Assembly: GCA_902557235.1 (NCBI GenBank)
Contig: CACDZR010000004.1
Span: 12,526 to 76,525 of the forward strand
Length of the DNA stretch: 64,000 bases
Direction: 5' to 3'
DNA from: an uncultured Pelagibacteraceae bacterium
GTDB taxonomy: Bacteria > Pseudomonadota > Alphaproteobacteria > Pelagibacterales > Pelagibacteraceae
Numbering within the stretch: the stretch's first letter is position 1; every line of letters starts with the position of its first letter. Shown here in pieces: positions 54,804 to 64,000 of the stretch. Below the pieces are notes generated by a model. That model was not told where the DNA came from, did not search any database, and saw only the letters and a list, made by a program, of their open reading frames with translations. The position numbers and the translations under genes were made by a program.

Positions 54804-55468
54804 TGAAAATTGACTATTCTACACTAGAAAAAAAAATAGATTATAAATTTAAAAATAAAAATTTACTTACTCAAAGTCTCACTCATAAAAGTTTTAATAA
54901 AATCAATAATAATGAAAAAATAGAATTTTTAGGAGATAGAGTTTTAGGTTTAGTTATTGCAAAAAAACTTTTGGAAATCTATCCAGAGGAAAAAGAAGGA
55001 ATTCTAGATAAAAAATATGCTTCATTAGTAAATAAAAAAACATGTTTGGAAATTGCCAAAAGTATTAATTTACAAAATTATATTTTAATTTTTAATCCAA
55101 AAAATAGATCAGTTACAATTGAGGATAAAGTGATATCGGATAGTTGCGAAGCATTGATCGGAGCGATTTATCTTGATAGAGGATATAATATAACAGAAAA
55201 AATTATTTTAGACTTATGGAAAGAAAAAATCAAAGAAAGTGTGATTACTCAAATTGATGCTAAAACAAAACTTCAAGAATTTTCTTTAAAGAAATTTAAA
55301 AGACTTCCTTCTTATAAGATTATTTCTGATACTGGGCCTAGACACAAACCTTTATTCAGAGTTGCTGTAAAATTACAAAATACAAAATTTTATAATGGTG
55401 AGGGAAAATCTAAAAAGGAGGCAGAACAGAACGCTGCCTTAATATGTTTAAACGATAATTTGATCTAA
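54803..55468 (+). CDS. rnc: Ribonuclease III
   Basis: NEKIEFLGDRVL and EALIGAIYLD; dsRBD (KTKLQE...SKKEAEQNAA). Confidence 0.97.
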   Translation: MKIDYSTLEKKIDYKFKNKNLLTQSLTHKSFNKINNNEKIEFLGDRVLGLVIAKKLLEIYPEEKEGILDKKYASLVNKKTCLEIAKSINLQNYILIFNPKNRSVTIEDKVISDSCEALIGAIYLDRGYNITEKIILDLWKEKIKESVITQIDAKTKLQEFSLKKFKRLPSYKIISDTGPRHKPLFRVAVKLQNTKFYNGEGKSKKEAEQNAALICLNDNLI

Positions 55469-56148
55469 TGAATTGGGACGATACAGGTTTTTTGATTTCT
55501 AAAAATAGATATAATGAAAATTCTCTTATCTCAGATTTTTATACTAAAAACCATGGGAAAATATCAGGAATAGTTTTTGGTGGTACTTCAAAAAAAATAA
55601 AAAATTATCTCCAAATTGGGAATCAACTTTATTTGAATTATAATTCAAAATCAGAGAATAAATTAGGATATTTTAAATTAGAGATCCAAAAAGTTTATTC
55701 TCCTATTTATTTTGAAAATCCTCAAAAACTATCATGCATTAACGCTGCTATGAGTTTAATTCGTTTATTAACAGCAGAGTCACAGTCTAATATTAAAATA
55801 TTTGATCTTATTGAAAAGTTTTATTTGATACTTTTAAATGATAAATGGTTAATGGATTATATTTTTTGGGAATTAGAATTACTTAAAACTATAGGTTTCG
55901 ATTTAGAATTAAATAATTTGGCAATTAAAGAGTTAATAGATGATAATATAGTGTATGTGGTTAAATCTAAGTCTGAAAAAAAGATAATACCAAATTTTTT
56001 AATTGATAAAAAAATTATAGTTGATGATTTAAATACACTTTTAAATGGATTGAAATTAGTAAGTGACTTTTTAGAAAAAACTATATTAAAACCCAATAAT
56101 CTTAACTACCCAATAAGCCGAACTCAGTTCATAAATTCATTAAAATAA
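55468..56148 (+). CDS. recO: DNA repair protein RecO (divergent)
   Basis: MNWDDTGFLIS...YNENS OB-fold start and WELELL motif; position after rnc. Confidence 0.85.
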   Translation: MNWDDTGFLISKNRYNENSLISDFYTKNHGKISGIVFGGTSKKIKNYLQIGNQLYLNYNSKSENKLGYFKLEIQKVYSPIYFENPQKLSCINAAMSLIRLLTAESQSNIKIFDLIEKFYLILLNDKWLMDYIFWELELLKTIGFDLELNNLAIKELIDDNIVYVVKSKSEKKIIPNFLIDKKIIVDDLNTLLNGLKLVSDFLEKTILKPNNLNYPISRTQFINSLK

Positions 56149-57138
56149 TTAAGGTAAAATTTTATTTAATCTATCTGCGTAATAGCTTACTATTGCATTT
56201 GCACCAGCTCTTTTAAAACTCATTAAATTTTCAAAAATTGCATTTTTATTTATAATTTTTTTTTCTACAGCATTAGATAACATGCTATATTCACCAGAAA
56301 CTTGATAGGCGAAAACTGGTATTTTAAATTTGTCTTTTATAGATCTGATTATATCAAGATAAGGTAAGCCAGGTTTAACCATAATCATATCTGCACCTTC
56401 TTTTATATCTATAGCTACTTCTCTTATTGCTTCATCGTGATTCCTGAAATCCATTTGATAAGTTTTTTTATCTCCTTTTAAGGCGACTTTAGATCCTACA
56501 GCATCTCTAAAAGGTCCATAAAAACTTGAAGCATACTTAACTGCGTATGAAAGAATTTGAGTGTTTTTGAAATTTTCTTTTTCTAAAGCTTTTCTAATTT
56601 TACCAATTCGTCCATCCATCATATCTGAAGGAGCTAAAACATCACATCCCATTTGAGCTTGTAGTAAAGATTGTTGAATTAAGATCTCTATAGTTTCGTC
56701 ATTCATTACATTATTTGATTTAAGAATTCCATCGTGACCATGTATTGTGTAAGGATCTAAGGCTACATCACACATTATTCCAATTCTGTTCTTATATCTT
56801 TTTTTAATGTATTTTATAGCTCTACAAACCAAATTATTTTCATTGAGAGCTTCACTTCCCAAATCATTCTTCAATTTTGATGATGTATATGGAAACAAAG
56901 CAACCATAGGTATATCATTTTTAATTGCCCGATCTAAGATTACACCCAATCGATTAATAGAATATCTATTCACACCTGGCATAGATTTAATTGGTTGAGT
57001 TTTGTTTTTGCCCTCTATCAAAAATATAGGAAGTATGAAGTCACTAGGTGATAAGTTATTTTCTGAAACAAGTCTTCTTGACCAGCTGTTTTTTCGGCTT
57101 CTTCTTAGTCTTAAACTAGGATATTTTCCTGTAATCAT
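56149..57138 (-). CDS. hemB: Porphobilinogen synthase (Cys-free, Mg-type)
   Basis: RLRR, DVALDPYT.HGHDG, SDMMDGR, FYGPFRDA, MVKP and YQVSGEY; start set to the ATG at 57138. Confidence 0.97.
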   Translation of the reverse strand: MITGKYPSLRLRRSRKNSWSRRLVSENNLSPSDFILPIFLIEGKNKTQPIKSMPGVNRYSINRLGVILDRAIKNDIPMVALFPYTSSKLKNDLGSEALNENNLVCRAIKYIKKRYKNRIGIMCDVALDPYTIHGHDGILKSNNVMNDETIEILIQQSLLQAQMGCDVLAPSDMMDGRIGKIRKALEKENFKNTQILSYAVKYASSFYGPFRDAVGSKVALKGDKKTYQMDFRNHDEAIREVAIDIKEGADMIMVKPGLPYLDIIRSIKDKFKIPVFAYQVSGEYSMLSNAVEKKIINKNAIFENLMSFKRAGANAIVSYYADRLNKILP

Positions 57139-57211
57139 ATTTAATTTTATTTTAAAAATGCGACAAATGTAATATACAAATATATAGTAAAAAGAGTACA
57201 AAGCAATCACG

Positions 57212-57850
57212 ATGACAGTTGAAAACACCAAAATAATAAATTTGAATGTAAAAAAAGAAGAACGAGTTTTAGATTTTAGTGACTTCCAAAAACAAGAAGT
57301 AAAGTTTGACATTTTAAAACTTCAAGAAGCATATAATCAAATTATTCAAATTAAAAAATTTGAGGACGCAGGTGTTACTCATTTTGGTGCTATCTCATTA
57401 ACGCAAATTCCTGGTGATCCAGAGTCTATTAAAGGAAATAAAGCTAGAGGTGTTTATTGGACGAAGCCTGACAAATCTGGAAAAGAAGTAGTAAGAGAAG
57501 AAATGATAAATGAGTCTGCTTATTCTGAATTTGTTAAAGATTACGAGAATACTTATTTTAAACATGTGTATGATGTTTTGTCCTCTAAGTATAAATTAGG
57601 TAGAATGAGAATTTTACTCAAAGAGCCAAGATCAACTTTAAGTTGGCATAGAGATCCGGAACCTAGATTACATATACCTATAATTACCAATCCTGGTTGT
57701 ATTATGGTCATTGATAATGTAGCTAAACACATGCCAGCAGATGGATCTGTTTGGATTACAAATAATACAAAATATCACAACGCTTTTAATGGTGGCGAAG
57801 AAAACAGAATACATCTAGTTGCGTGTGTTTTAGATTATAAGTTCAACTAA
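57212..57850 (+). CDS. Aspartyl/asparaginyl beta-hydroxylase-like 2OG-Fe(II) oxygenase
   Basis: WHRD (HxD), RLHIP, YHNAFNGG (distal His) and RIHLV (2OG Arg) in a cupin-like beta-rich C-terminus. Confidence 0.8.
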   Translation: MTVENTKIINLNVKKEERVLDFSDFQKQEVKFDILKLQEAYNQIIQIKKFEDAGVTHFGAISLTQIPGDPESIKGNKARGVYWTKPDKSGKEVVREEMINESAYSEFVKDYENTYFKHVYDVLSSKYKLGRMRILLKEPRSTLSWHRDPEPRLHIPIITNPGCIMVIDNVAKHMPADGSVWITNNTKYHNAFNGGEENRIHLVACVLDYKFN

Positions 57851-57851
57851 T

Positions 57852-58277
57852 TTGAAAAAAATATTTATTTCCTCAGATCATGCCGGATTTAGATTAAAAG
57901 AGGATATAAAGAAATATCTCAAAAGCAACAAACTAAATTTTAAAGATCTTGGACCAGTAAATGATGATAGCGTTGACTACCCGGACTTTGCTCACAAATT
58001 AGCTAAAAAAGTCAAAGTTAGTAAAAATAATGTTGGCATTTTAGTATGTGGCTCAGGAACTGGAATGAATATTGCGGCAAATAAGCATAAAAATATACGT
58101 GCAGCACAGTGTTTTAATACAAAATCAACTAAATTATCCAGATTGCATAATGATGCAAACATCATTACATTAGGTGCTAGGTTAATTAGTAAAAAAAATG
58201 CTTTCAAATTTGTGGAAATTTTTTTAAATACTAAATTTGACGGAGGTAGACACTTGAGAAGAATTAAAAAGATTTAA
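57852..58277 (+). CDS. rpiB: Ribose 5-phosphate isomerase B (TTG start)
   Basis: SDHAG, DYPD, CGSGTG, ANK, HNDAN and GGRH motifs. Confidence 0.96.
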   Translation: MKKIFISSDHAGFRLKEDIKKYLKSNKLNFKDLGPVNDDSVDYPDFAHKLAKKVKVSKNNVGILVCGSGTGMNIAANKHKNIRAAQCFNTKSTKLSRLHNDANIITLGARLISKKNAFKFVEIFLNTKFDGGRHLRRIKKI

Positions 58278-58279
58278 TT

Positions 58280-59587
58280 ATGTCTAGTGAAAAAAATTAT
58301 TTGAACGATAGCTATAAAAGTTTCTTTGAAGATAGTTTATCTGTAAAAGATCCTGAATTATATAAAGCTATTAAAGATGAATTAACAAGACAACAACAAC
58401 ATATTGAATTGATTGCTTCTGAAAATATAGTTTCACAAGCTGTCTTGGAGGCTCAGGGTTCTGTTTTGACTAATAAATATGCAGAGGGTTATCCTGGTAA
58501 ACGTTATTATAATGGATGTGAACATGTTGATGTTGCAGAAAACCTTGCAAATGAAAGATTAAAAAAATTATTTAACTGTAAATTTGCAAACGCTCAACCT
58601 CATTCAGGCGCACAAGCTAATGGTGCTGTATTTTTAGCTTTATTAAGTCCAGGTGATACTTTTATGGGTATGAGTTTGAATTCTGGCGGTCACATAACTC
58701 ATGGTCTTAAAATTTCTATGTCAGGTAAATGGTTCAATGCAATTGGATATGATGTTGATAAGAAATCTGAACTCATAGATTATGATAATGTTGAGAAACT
58801 TGCTCTTGAACATAAGCCAAAATTAATTATTGCTGGTGGAAGTGCTTATTCAAGAGTCATAGATTTTAAAAGATTTAGAGAAATTGCTGATAAAGTTGGT
58901 GCTTATCTTATGGTAGATATGGCGCATTTTTCAGGTCTAGTTGCTGGTAAAGGATATCCTAACCCTTGTGATTATGCTCATGTTGTTACATCAACAACAC
59001 ATAAAGTTTTTAGAAGTGCAAGAGGCGGAATAATTTTAACTAATCATGAAGATCTTGCTAAAAAATTTAACACAGCAGTTTTTCCAGGTTATCAAGGTGG
59101 TCCATTAATGCACATTATAGCAGCTAAGGCCGCTGGTTTTCTCGAAGCGTTACAACCCGAATTTAAAGATTATATAAAGTCAGTTTTAGCAAATGCAAAA
59201 ATGTTAGCTGAAACTTTAAAAAATAATGGTTTTAAGATTTACTCTGATGGTACTGATACACATTTAATGTTGGTAGATTTAAGACCTTACAAAGTTAAAG
59301 GGAATCTTGCTGCCGAGAGTCTTTCAAGAGCAAACATTACTTGTAATAAAAATGGAATTCCTTTTGACACTGAAAAACCGATGGTTACTTCTGGTATAAG
59401 ATTAGGGACACAAGCAGCTACCACGCGTGGATTTGGCTTAAATGAATTTAAAACTGTTGGTGAACTAATTACAAAAACTTTAAAAGGATTATCAGATAAC
59501 CCAAATGATAACAGTAAAGTAGAAAATGAAGTAAAAAATGAAGTTATCTCTTTAACTTCGTCGTTTCCGATATATAAGAACTTGTAG
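58280..59587 (+). CDS. glyA: Serine hydroxymethyltransferase
   Basis: [23 protein letters not shown] lysine and SGIRLGT motifs. Confidence 0.99.
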   Translation: MSSEKNYLNDSYKSFFEDSLSVKDPELYKAIKDELTRQQQHIELIASENIVSQAVLEAQGSVLTNKYAEGYPGKRYYNGCEHVDVAENLANERLKKLFNCKFANAQPHSGAQANGAVFLALLSPGDTFMGMSLNSGGHITHGLKISMSGKWFNAIGYDVDKKSELIDYDNVEKLALEHKPKLIIAGGSAYSRVIDFKRFREIADKVGAYLMVDMAHFSGLVAGKGYPNPCDYAHVVTSTTHKVFRSARGGIILTNHEDLAKKFNTAVFPGYQGGPLMHIIAAKAAGFLEALQPEFKDYIKSVLANAKMLAETLKNNGFKIYSDGTDTHLMLVDLRPYKVKGNLAAESLSRANITCNKNGIPFDTEKPMVTSGIRLGTQAATTRGFGLNEFKTVGELITKTLKGLSDNPNDNSKVENEVKNEVISLTSSFPIYKNL

Positions 59588-59590
59588 TAA

Positions 59591-60049
59591 ATGATTTGTC
59601 CTTGTGCAAAAAAAGGTGAAACTTCAGTAGTGGACTCGCGCCCAACTGAAGATGGCACTGCTATTCGTAGGAGACGACTATGTGTGTGCGGTGAGAGATT
59701 TACTACCTTTGAAAGAATTCAACATAGAGAATTGATGGTAGTTAAAAAAAATGGTAGAAAGTCATCTTTTGACAGAGATAAGCTTGCAAAATCAATCTAT
59801 ATAGCTTTAAAAAAGAGACCATTAGACACAGAAACAGTTGAAAAATTTATTAGTAAAATTTCAAGATCTGTTGAGGATTTAGGCCAGAATGAAATTTCAT
59901 CCAATACGATTGGCACAATGGTTATGGACGGATTAAAAGAACTTGATCCTGTTGCTTATGTTAGATTTGCATCAGTTTATAGAAATTTTAGAGAAGAAAA
60001 AGATTTTGTACAATTCGTGGACAAACTTGATGTCTACAAAAAAAGATAA
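59591..60049 (+). CDS. nrdR: Transcriptional repressor NrdR
   Basis: VDSR...IRRRR...RFTTFE, ATP-cone VVKKNG and [10 protein letters not shown] motifs. Confidence 0.96.
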   Translation: MICPCAKKGETSVVDSRPTEDGTAIRRRRLCVCGERFTTFERIQHRELMVVKKNGRKSSFDRDKLAKSIYIALKKRPLDTETVEKFISKISRSVEDLGQNEISSNTIGTMVMDGLKELDPVAYVRFASVYRNFREEKDFVQFVDKLDVYKKR

Positions 60050-61136
60050 ATTTTCATCAAGAGACAAATTATACATGGAGATAGCCTTAAAACTGGCTAA
60101 AGCTCGATATGGTCATACAGGATCAAATCCTTCTGTAGGTTGTGTAATAGTTAAAAATGATAAAATTATTTCTATTGGTCAAACATCAATTAGTGGAAGA
60201 CCTCATGCGGAATTTAATGCAATCAAAAATTCAACAGAAAGTTTGAATGGATCCAAAATGTATGTGACCTTGGAACCATGCAGCCATCATGGTGTAACGC
60301 CACCATGTACAGATTTAATAGTAAAATCTAAAATTGCAGAGGTTATTTATTCCGTTACAGATATTGATATTAGAGTTAGAAATAAAAGTTTTAAAATTTT
60401 TAAATCAAAAAAAATTAAAATAAGAAAAGGACTTTTAAGAGAAAAAATTAAAAGTTTTTACTCAACATATTTTTTTAATCGAAAAAAAAAGTTGCCATAT
60501 GTTACTGGTAAAATAGCTATTTCAAAAAACAATCTAATCTATAGCAAATTAGATAGAAAAATTACTAACACTAAAGCTGATAAATTTACTCATTCATTAA
60601 GATACAAAAATGACTCATTGATGATTTCATATAAAACTTTAAACAGTGACAATCCTAAATTAAATTGCAGATTAAATGGTTTAAAGAATTATTCACCAAA
60701 AAGAATTATCTTAGATAACAAGCTAAATACAAATATTAATAGTTTTATAATAAATACAGCTAATAAATCTAATACTATTATTTTTTACAATGAAGCAAGT
60801 AAATCTCAAATTTTAAATTTTAGAAAAAGAGGAATAAATTTAAAGTTTTCTAAAGTTGATAATCAAGGTAGATTTGATATCAAAATTCTTTTAAAAAAAC
60901 TGTATAAACTGGATTGCAGAAATTTATTAATAGAGGGAGGTGATGAATTAACTAACTATCTATTAAGAAATAAAATTTTTAATAGATTTTATTTATATGA
61001 AAGCAACAAAAAACTCTCAAAAAAATCAGAATATCTACATTTTAATAGCTTAAATTTGTTAAAACAGAAATATAAAAAAAAAATTAAATTAAAACTAAAT
61101 TTAGGAAATAATAAAATAACATTATATAAAAATTAG
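60030..61136 (+). CDS. ribD: Bifunctional diaminohydroxyphosphoribosylaminopyrimidine deaminase/reductase
   Basis: NPSVG, HAE and TLEPCSH..TPPC deaminase motifs; divergent reductase half (DNP.L..R, EGG). Confidence 0.93.
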   Translation: MSTKKDKFSSRDKLYMEIALKLAKARYGHTGSNPSVGCVIVKNDKIISIGQTSISGRPHAEFNAIKNSTESLNGSKMYVTLEPCSHHGVTPPCTDLIVKSKIAEVIYSVTDIDIRVRNKSFKIFKSKKIKIRKGLLREKIKSFYSTYFFNRKKKLPYVTGKIAISKNNLIYSKLDRKITNTKADKFTHSLRYKNDSLMISYKTLNSDNPKLNCRLNGLKNYSPKRIILDNKLNTNINSFIINTANKSNTIIFYNEASKSQILNFRKRGINLKFSKVDNQGRFDIKILLKKLYKLDCRNLLIEGGDELTNYLLRNKIFNRFYLYESNKKLSKKSEYLHFNSLNLLKQKYKKKIKLKLNLGNNKITLYKN

Positions 61137-61137
61137 T

Positions 61138-61731
61138 ATGTTTAATGGAATAATATATAATCAAGGTACAATTAAAAAAATTGTAAAAAGACCTAAAGGA
61201 ATTAATATATTTATAAAAAGTAATCTTAAAGTAACAAAAAAAGATATTGGATTATCAGTTGCATGTGATGGTGTATGTTTAACCTTGATTTCTTACAAAT
61301 CAAAGTTGATGGAATTTTATCTTTCAAAAGAGACAATAATTCGTTCTAAATTTAGATATATAAAAAATAAAGACATAATTAATTTAGAGCTGCCATTGAA
61401 ATATGGATCCAAAATTTCAGGGCATATTTGTCAAGGTCATGTTGATGCTGTTGCAAAAGTATTGAATATTAAAAAAATTGATAAATCATTTATTTTTGAC
61501 TTTGAGATCCCTAAAAAAGAGAGAAAACATCTTATTGAAAAGGCTTCAATTTGCGTAAATGGAATTTCTCTTACGATTTCAAAAGTAACAAAAAAAGGTT
61601 TTCAAATTTGGATAATTCCGCATACCTATAAGGAAACTAATTTATCTAAACTCACTAAACATGGTTTAGTTAACATTGAGATAGATATCTTGTCTAAATA
61701 CGTTAGAAATTATTTTTATGAAAAAAAATAA
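61138..61731 (+). CDS. ribE: Riboflavin synthase (alpha chain)
   Basis: MFNGII, GVCLT, GHICQGHVD, NGISLT and NIEID motifs. Confidence 0.95.
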   Translation: MFNGIIYNQGTIKKIVKRPKGINIFIKSNLKVTKKDIGLSVACDGVCLTLISYKSKLMEFYLSKETIIRSKFRYIKNKDIINLELPLKYGSKISGHICQGHVDAVAKVLNIKKIDKSFIFDFEIPKKERKHLIEKASICVNGISLTISKVTKKGFQIWIIPHTYKETNLSKLTKHGLVNIEIDILSKYVRNYFYEKK

Positions 61732-62818
61732 TTTTGCACCAATTGAAACAATAATAAATGTTGCCAAAAAGGGTGGTATGTTCATATTGGTTGATGATGA
61801 AAAAAGAGAAAATGAGGGTGATCTAGTAATATCATCATCAGACTCAACAGCAAAAAATATTAATTTCATGGCAAAGCATGGTCGTGGTTTAATATGTTTG
61901 GCACTAGATAGTTTGCAGGCGAAGAGATTAAATTTATCGTTAATGTCTCCTGTTAATCAATCAAGAAATAAGACAGCTTTTACAATTTCTATAGAGGCAA
62001 AAAAAGGGATTACAACAGGTATATCAGCTAAGGATAGAGCCAAAACAATTAAGATTGCATCAAAAAAAAATGTTAATAAAAAAGAAATAGTATCACCCGG
62101 TCATATTTTTCCAATTATTGCTAAAGATGGAGGTGTTCTTGTAAGAGCAGGTCATACAGAGGCCTCTGTTGACATATCAAAATTAGCCAAAAAAAATAAT
62201 TCAGCCGTCATTTGTGAAATAATGAATGAAAATGGTACAATGGCAAAAGGGCAAGATCTATTTAATTTTGCAGAAAAACATAATCTTAAAATTGGAAAAA
62301 TAGAAGATTTAATAGCTTATAGATTAAAGAAAGAGAAACTTATAAGGTTAAAAAAGCAGAGCCAAATCAAAGTAAAAAAACAAAAATATAAAATTAGAAT
62401 TTATGAAAATCTATTAGATGGTGCAGAGCATTTTGCTCTTATAAAAGGTAAAATTAAAAGAGGTATCACACCAAGAGTTAGAGTAATTTCATCTAATATT
62501 GTTCAAAATTATTTAATAAATCAAAAGTTACCAAATTCATTTAATAAAACTTTAAATTATTTTAAAAAATATCAAAATTGTGTTTTAGTGTTTATAAAAG
62601 ACTCAAATTTAAGGTCAGTATCACAGACGTTAAAAAAATATAATAATAAAGAATTTATAAAAAAAGGAAATGATAAATCAATTAAAAATTATGGAATTGG
62701 AGCTCAAATAATTAAAGATCTAAAAATCAAAAATATGATATTAATTACTCGATCTTTAAAAAAAGTTATTGGACTTGATGGTTATGGAATTAAAATTAAG
62801 AAACAGGAACTCATATAA
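61718..62818 (+). CDS. ribB: 3,4-dihydroxy-2-butanone 4-phosphate synthase fused to a degenerate GTP cyclohydrolase II-like domain (RibBX-like)
   Basis: DDEKRENEGD, TGISAKDR, PGHIFP and RAGHTEA; C-terminal half has EHFAL and YGIGAQI but no Zn-binding Cys cluster. Confidence 0.92.
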   Translation: MKKNNFAPIETIINVAKKGGMFILVDDEKRENEGDLVISSSDSTAKNINFMAKHGRGLICLALDSLQAKRLNLSLMSPVNQSRNKTAFTISIEAKKGITTGISAKDRAKTIKIASKKNVNKKEIVSPGHIFPIIAKDGGVLVRAGHTEASVDISKLAKKNNSAVICEIMNENGTMAKGQDLFNFAEKHNLKIGKIEDLIAYRLKKEKLIRLKKQSQIKVKKQKYKIRIYENLLDGAEHFALIKGKIKRGITPRVRVISSNIVQNYLINQKLPNSFNKTLNYFKKYQNCVLVFIKDSNLRSVSQTLKKYNNKEFIKKGNDKSIKNYGIGAQIIKDLKIKNMILITRSLKKVIGLDGYGIKIKKQELI

Positions 62819-63206
62819 TGAATAAAAAATTTTAATTGTTTTAGCTGATTATTATAAAGATATAAGTGATGGACTACTTAAAAGTGCCTTAAAAAATATA
62901 CCTAGGTCAAATCGAGTAAAAATTATTAGAGTACCTGGTGTTTTTGAAATTCCAATTACAATATCAAAAAATTCAAAAAAATTTGATGCATTTTTAGCTT
63001 TAGGTTGTGTTATCAAGGGTCAAACACCTCATTTTGATTTTATTTCACAAGCATCTACTAATGCAGTAATGGATTTATCTGTAAGTCAAAAAAAACCTGT
63101 GGGCAATGGTATTATTACTTGTTTAAATATGAAACAAGCAAAAGTAAGAAAAAATAAAGGTGCTGAGGCTGCGAATGCAGTAATTTCAATACTATCGCAA
63201 AAATGA
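62818..63206 (+). pseudogene. ribH: Lumazine synthase with a 1-nt frameshift in the first codons (real or sequencing artefact)
   Basis: ATG 62818 reads MNKKF-stop. The -1 frame from 62826 reads KILIVLADYY...VPGVFEIP...LGCVIKGQTPHFDFIS...GNGIITC...KGAEAANA to TGA 63204-63206, overlapping the nusB ATG. Confidence 0.9.
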
Positions 63207-63607
63207 AAACTTACTTTAAGCCAAAAAATAATCCTAGAGTAATTATAATTCAAAAACTTTATGGCAAGTTTTATAACGAAGATAATAATTTAGATTTCCC
63301 TAAACACAGGTTTAAGAAATTTATTAAAGATATAGTTTTGGGGACAATAGAGAGAAATGATCTTATTTTAGAAGAATTAAACAGTAAACTTGGTGATCAG
63401 TTTATCTTTAAGAAATTAGATAAAATTTTCCAAACTATTCTTAAAGCTGCAACTTACGAATTTATGTATAAACCTAATTTATCAATTAACATTATCATTA
63501 AAGAATATCTGAATTCTTCTAATTTTTTTCTTGAAGACTCTCAAACAAAATATCTAAATGCTTTATTAGATGATTTAGGTAAAAAATTGAGATCTAAAAA
63601 TGCATGA
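63203..63607 (+). CDS. nusB: Transcription antitermination factor NusB
   Basis: R.IIIQKLY, LDKIFQTILKAATYE and YLNALLD; position ribH-nusB-thiL. Confidence 0.85.
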   Translation: MKTYFKPKNNPRVIIIQKLYGKFYNEDNNLDFPKHRFKKFIKDIVLGTIERNDLILEELNSKLGDQFIFKKLDKIFQTILKAATYEFMYKPNLSINIIIKEYLNSSNFFLEDSQTKYLNALLDDLGKKLRSKNA

Positions 63608-64000
63608 ATTTGAATTGATAAATAATTTTTTTTCTAAATTAACCAAACATAATGTATCTGCTCTTGATTTAAACGATGATGTTTTTTTTGATAAAAAGAA
63701 AAAATTAGTTATTTCAATTGATACTTATAATATAGGTACACATTTTATAGATTTTAAATCTCCTGATCTTGTAATCAAAAAAATTTTGAGATCATCAATA
63801 TCAGATTTGATTTGTAAAGGTGTTAAACCAAAATTTTATTTTATTTCAGGGTCTGGCAATAAGAGCAACTTTACAAAAAAAAATTTATTAAAAATATCAA
63901 AATCTCTTAAAGATGAACAAAAAAAATATAATATAAGTTTATGTGGAGGAGATACAACTTTTTCAAATAAGTTAAGTTTTACTATTACATCATTAGGCTA
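63600..64000 (+). CDS. thiL: Thiamine-monophosphate kinase, N-terminal part (truncated by window edge)
   Basis: Own translation from ATG 63600: MHEFELINNFF...LNDD...ISIDTY..GTHF...SISDLICKG...LCGGDT; follows nusB. Confidence 0.9.
   Translation, partial: MHEFELINNFFSKLTKHNVSALDLNDDVFFDKKKKLVISIDTYNIGTHFIDFKSPDLVIKKILRSSISDLICKGVKPKFYFISGSGNKSNFTKKNLLKISKSLKDEQKKYNISLCGGDTTFSNKLSFTITSLG

Noticed and set aside
57139-57312. 58-aa N-terminal extension of HemB overlapping the hydroxylase gene
   Set aside because: Homology starts at MITGKYP (57138); the extension is an open-frame artefact.
23018-61869. Other short nested or antisense ORFs in the track (e.g. 27538-27879, 42875-43183, 59287-59658)
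   Set aside because: All lie within or opposite well-supported CDSs and show no protein-family features.

Overview
Very AT-rich, extremely compact alphaproteobacterial chromosome segment. Gene order, protein sequences and near-absent intergenic spacers point to Pelagibacterales (SAR11); this assignment is inferred from recognition, not from a search. The window is almost entirely core genome: rpoB(3' end)-rpoC, the str/S10/spc/alpha ribosomal protein superoperon, rluC-like, lipB, mgtE, panC, galU-ugd, ridA-like, topA-plsY-pyrC'-pyrB-yqgF, gatCAB, an O-methyltransferase/trhO/MATE/nuclease block, a soxBDAG + solute-binding protein + permease block, tRNA-Ser(GCT), slt, dapA-smpB-folK-rsh-pyrE-pdxJ-acpS-lepB-rnc-recO, hemB, and a 2OG-Fe(II) hydroxylase-rpiB-glyA-nrdR-ribD-ribE-ribB(X)-ribH-nusB-thiL operon. 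I saw no mobile elements, prophage, CRISPR or defence island. The best leads are: (i) a sarcosine-oxidase-like operon continuing into a cyclohexadienyl-dehydratase-like binding protein and an ATPase-less permease with a lipoprotein signal; (ii) a TrmR-family O-methyltransferase coupled to TrhO, suggesting an O2-dependent mo5U34 tRNA modification module; (iii) a frameshifted ribH missed by the ORF track; (iv) candidate leaderless promoters; (v) several streamlining deletions and degenerate domains. None is proven novel from sequence alone.
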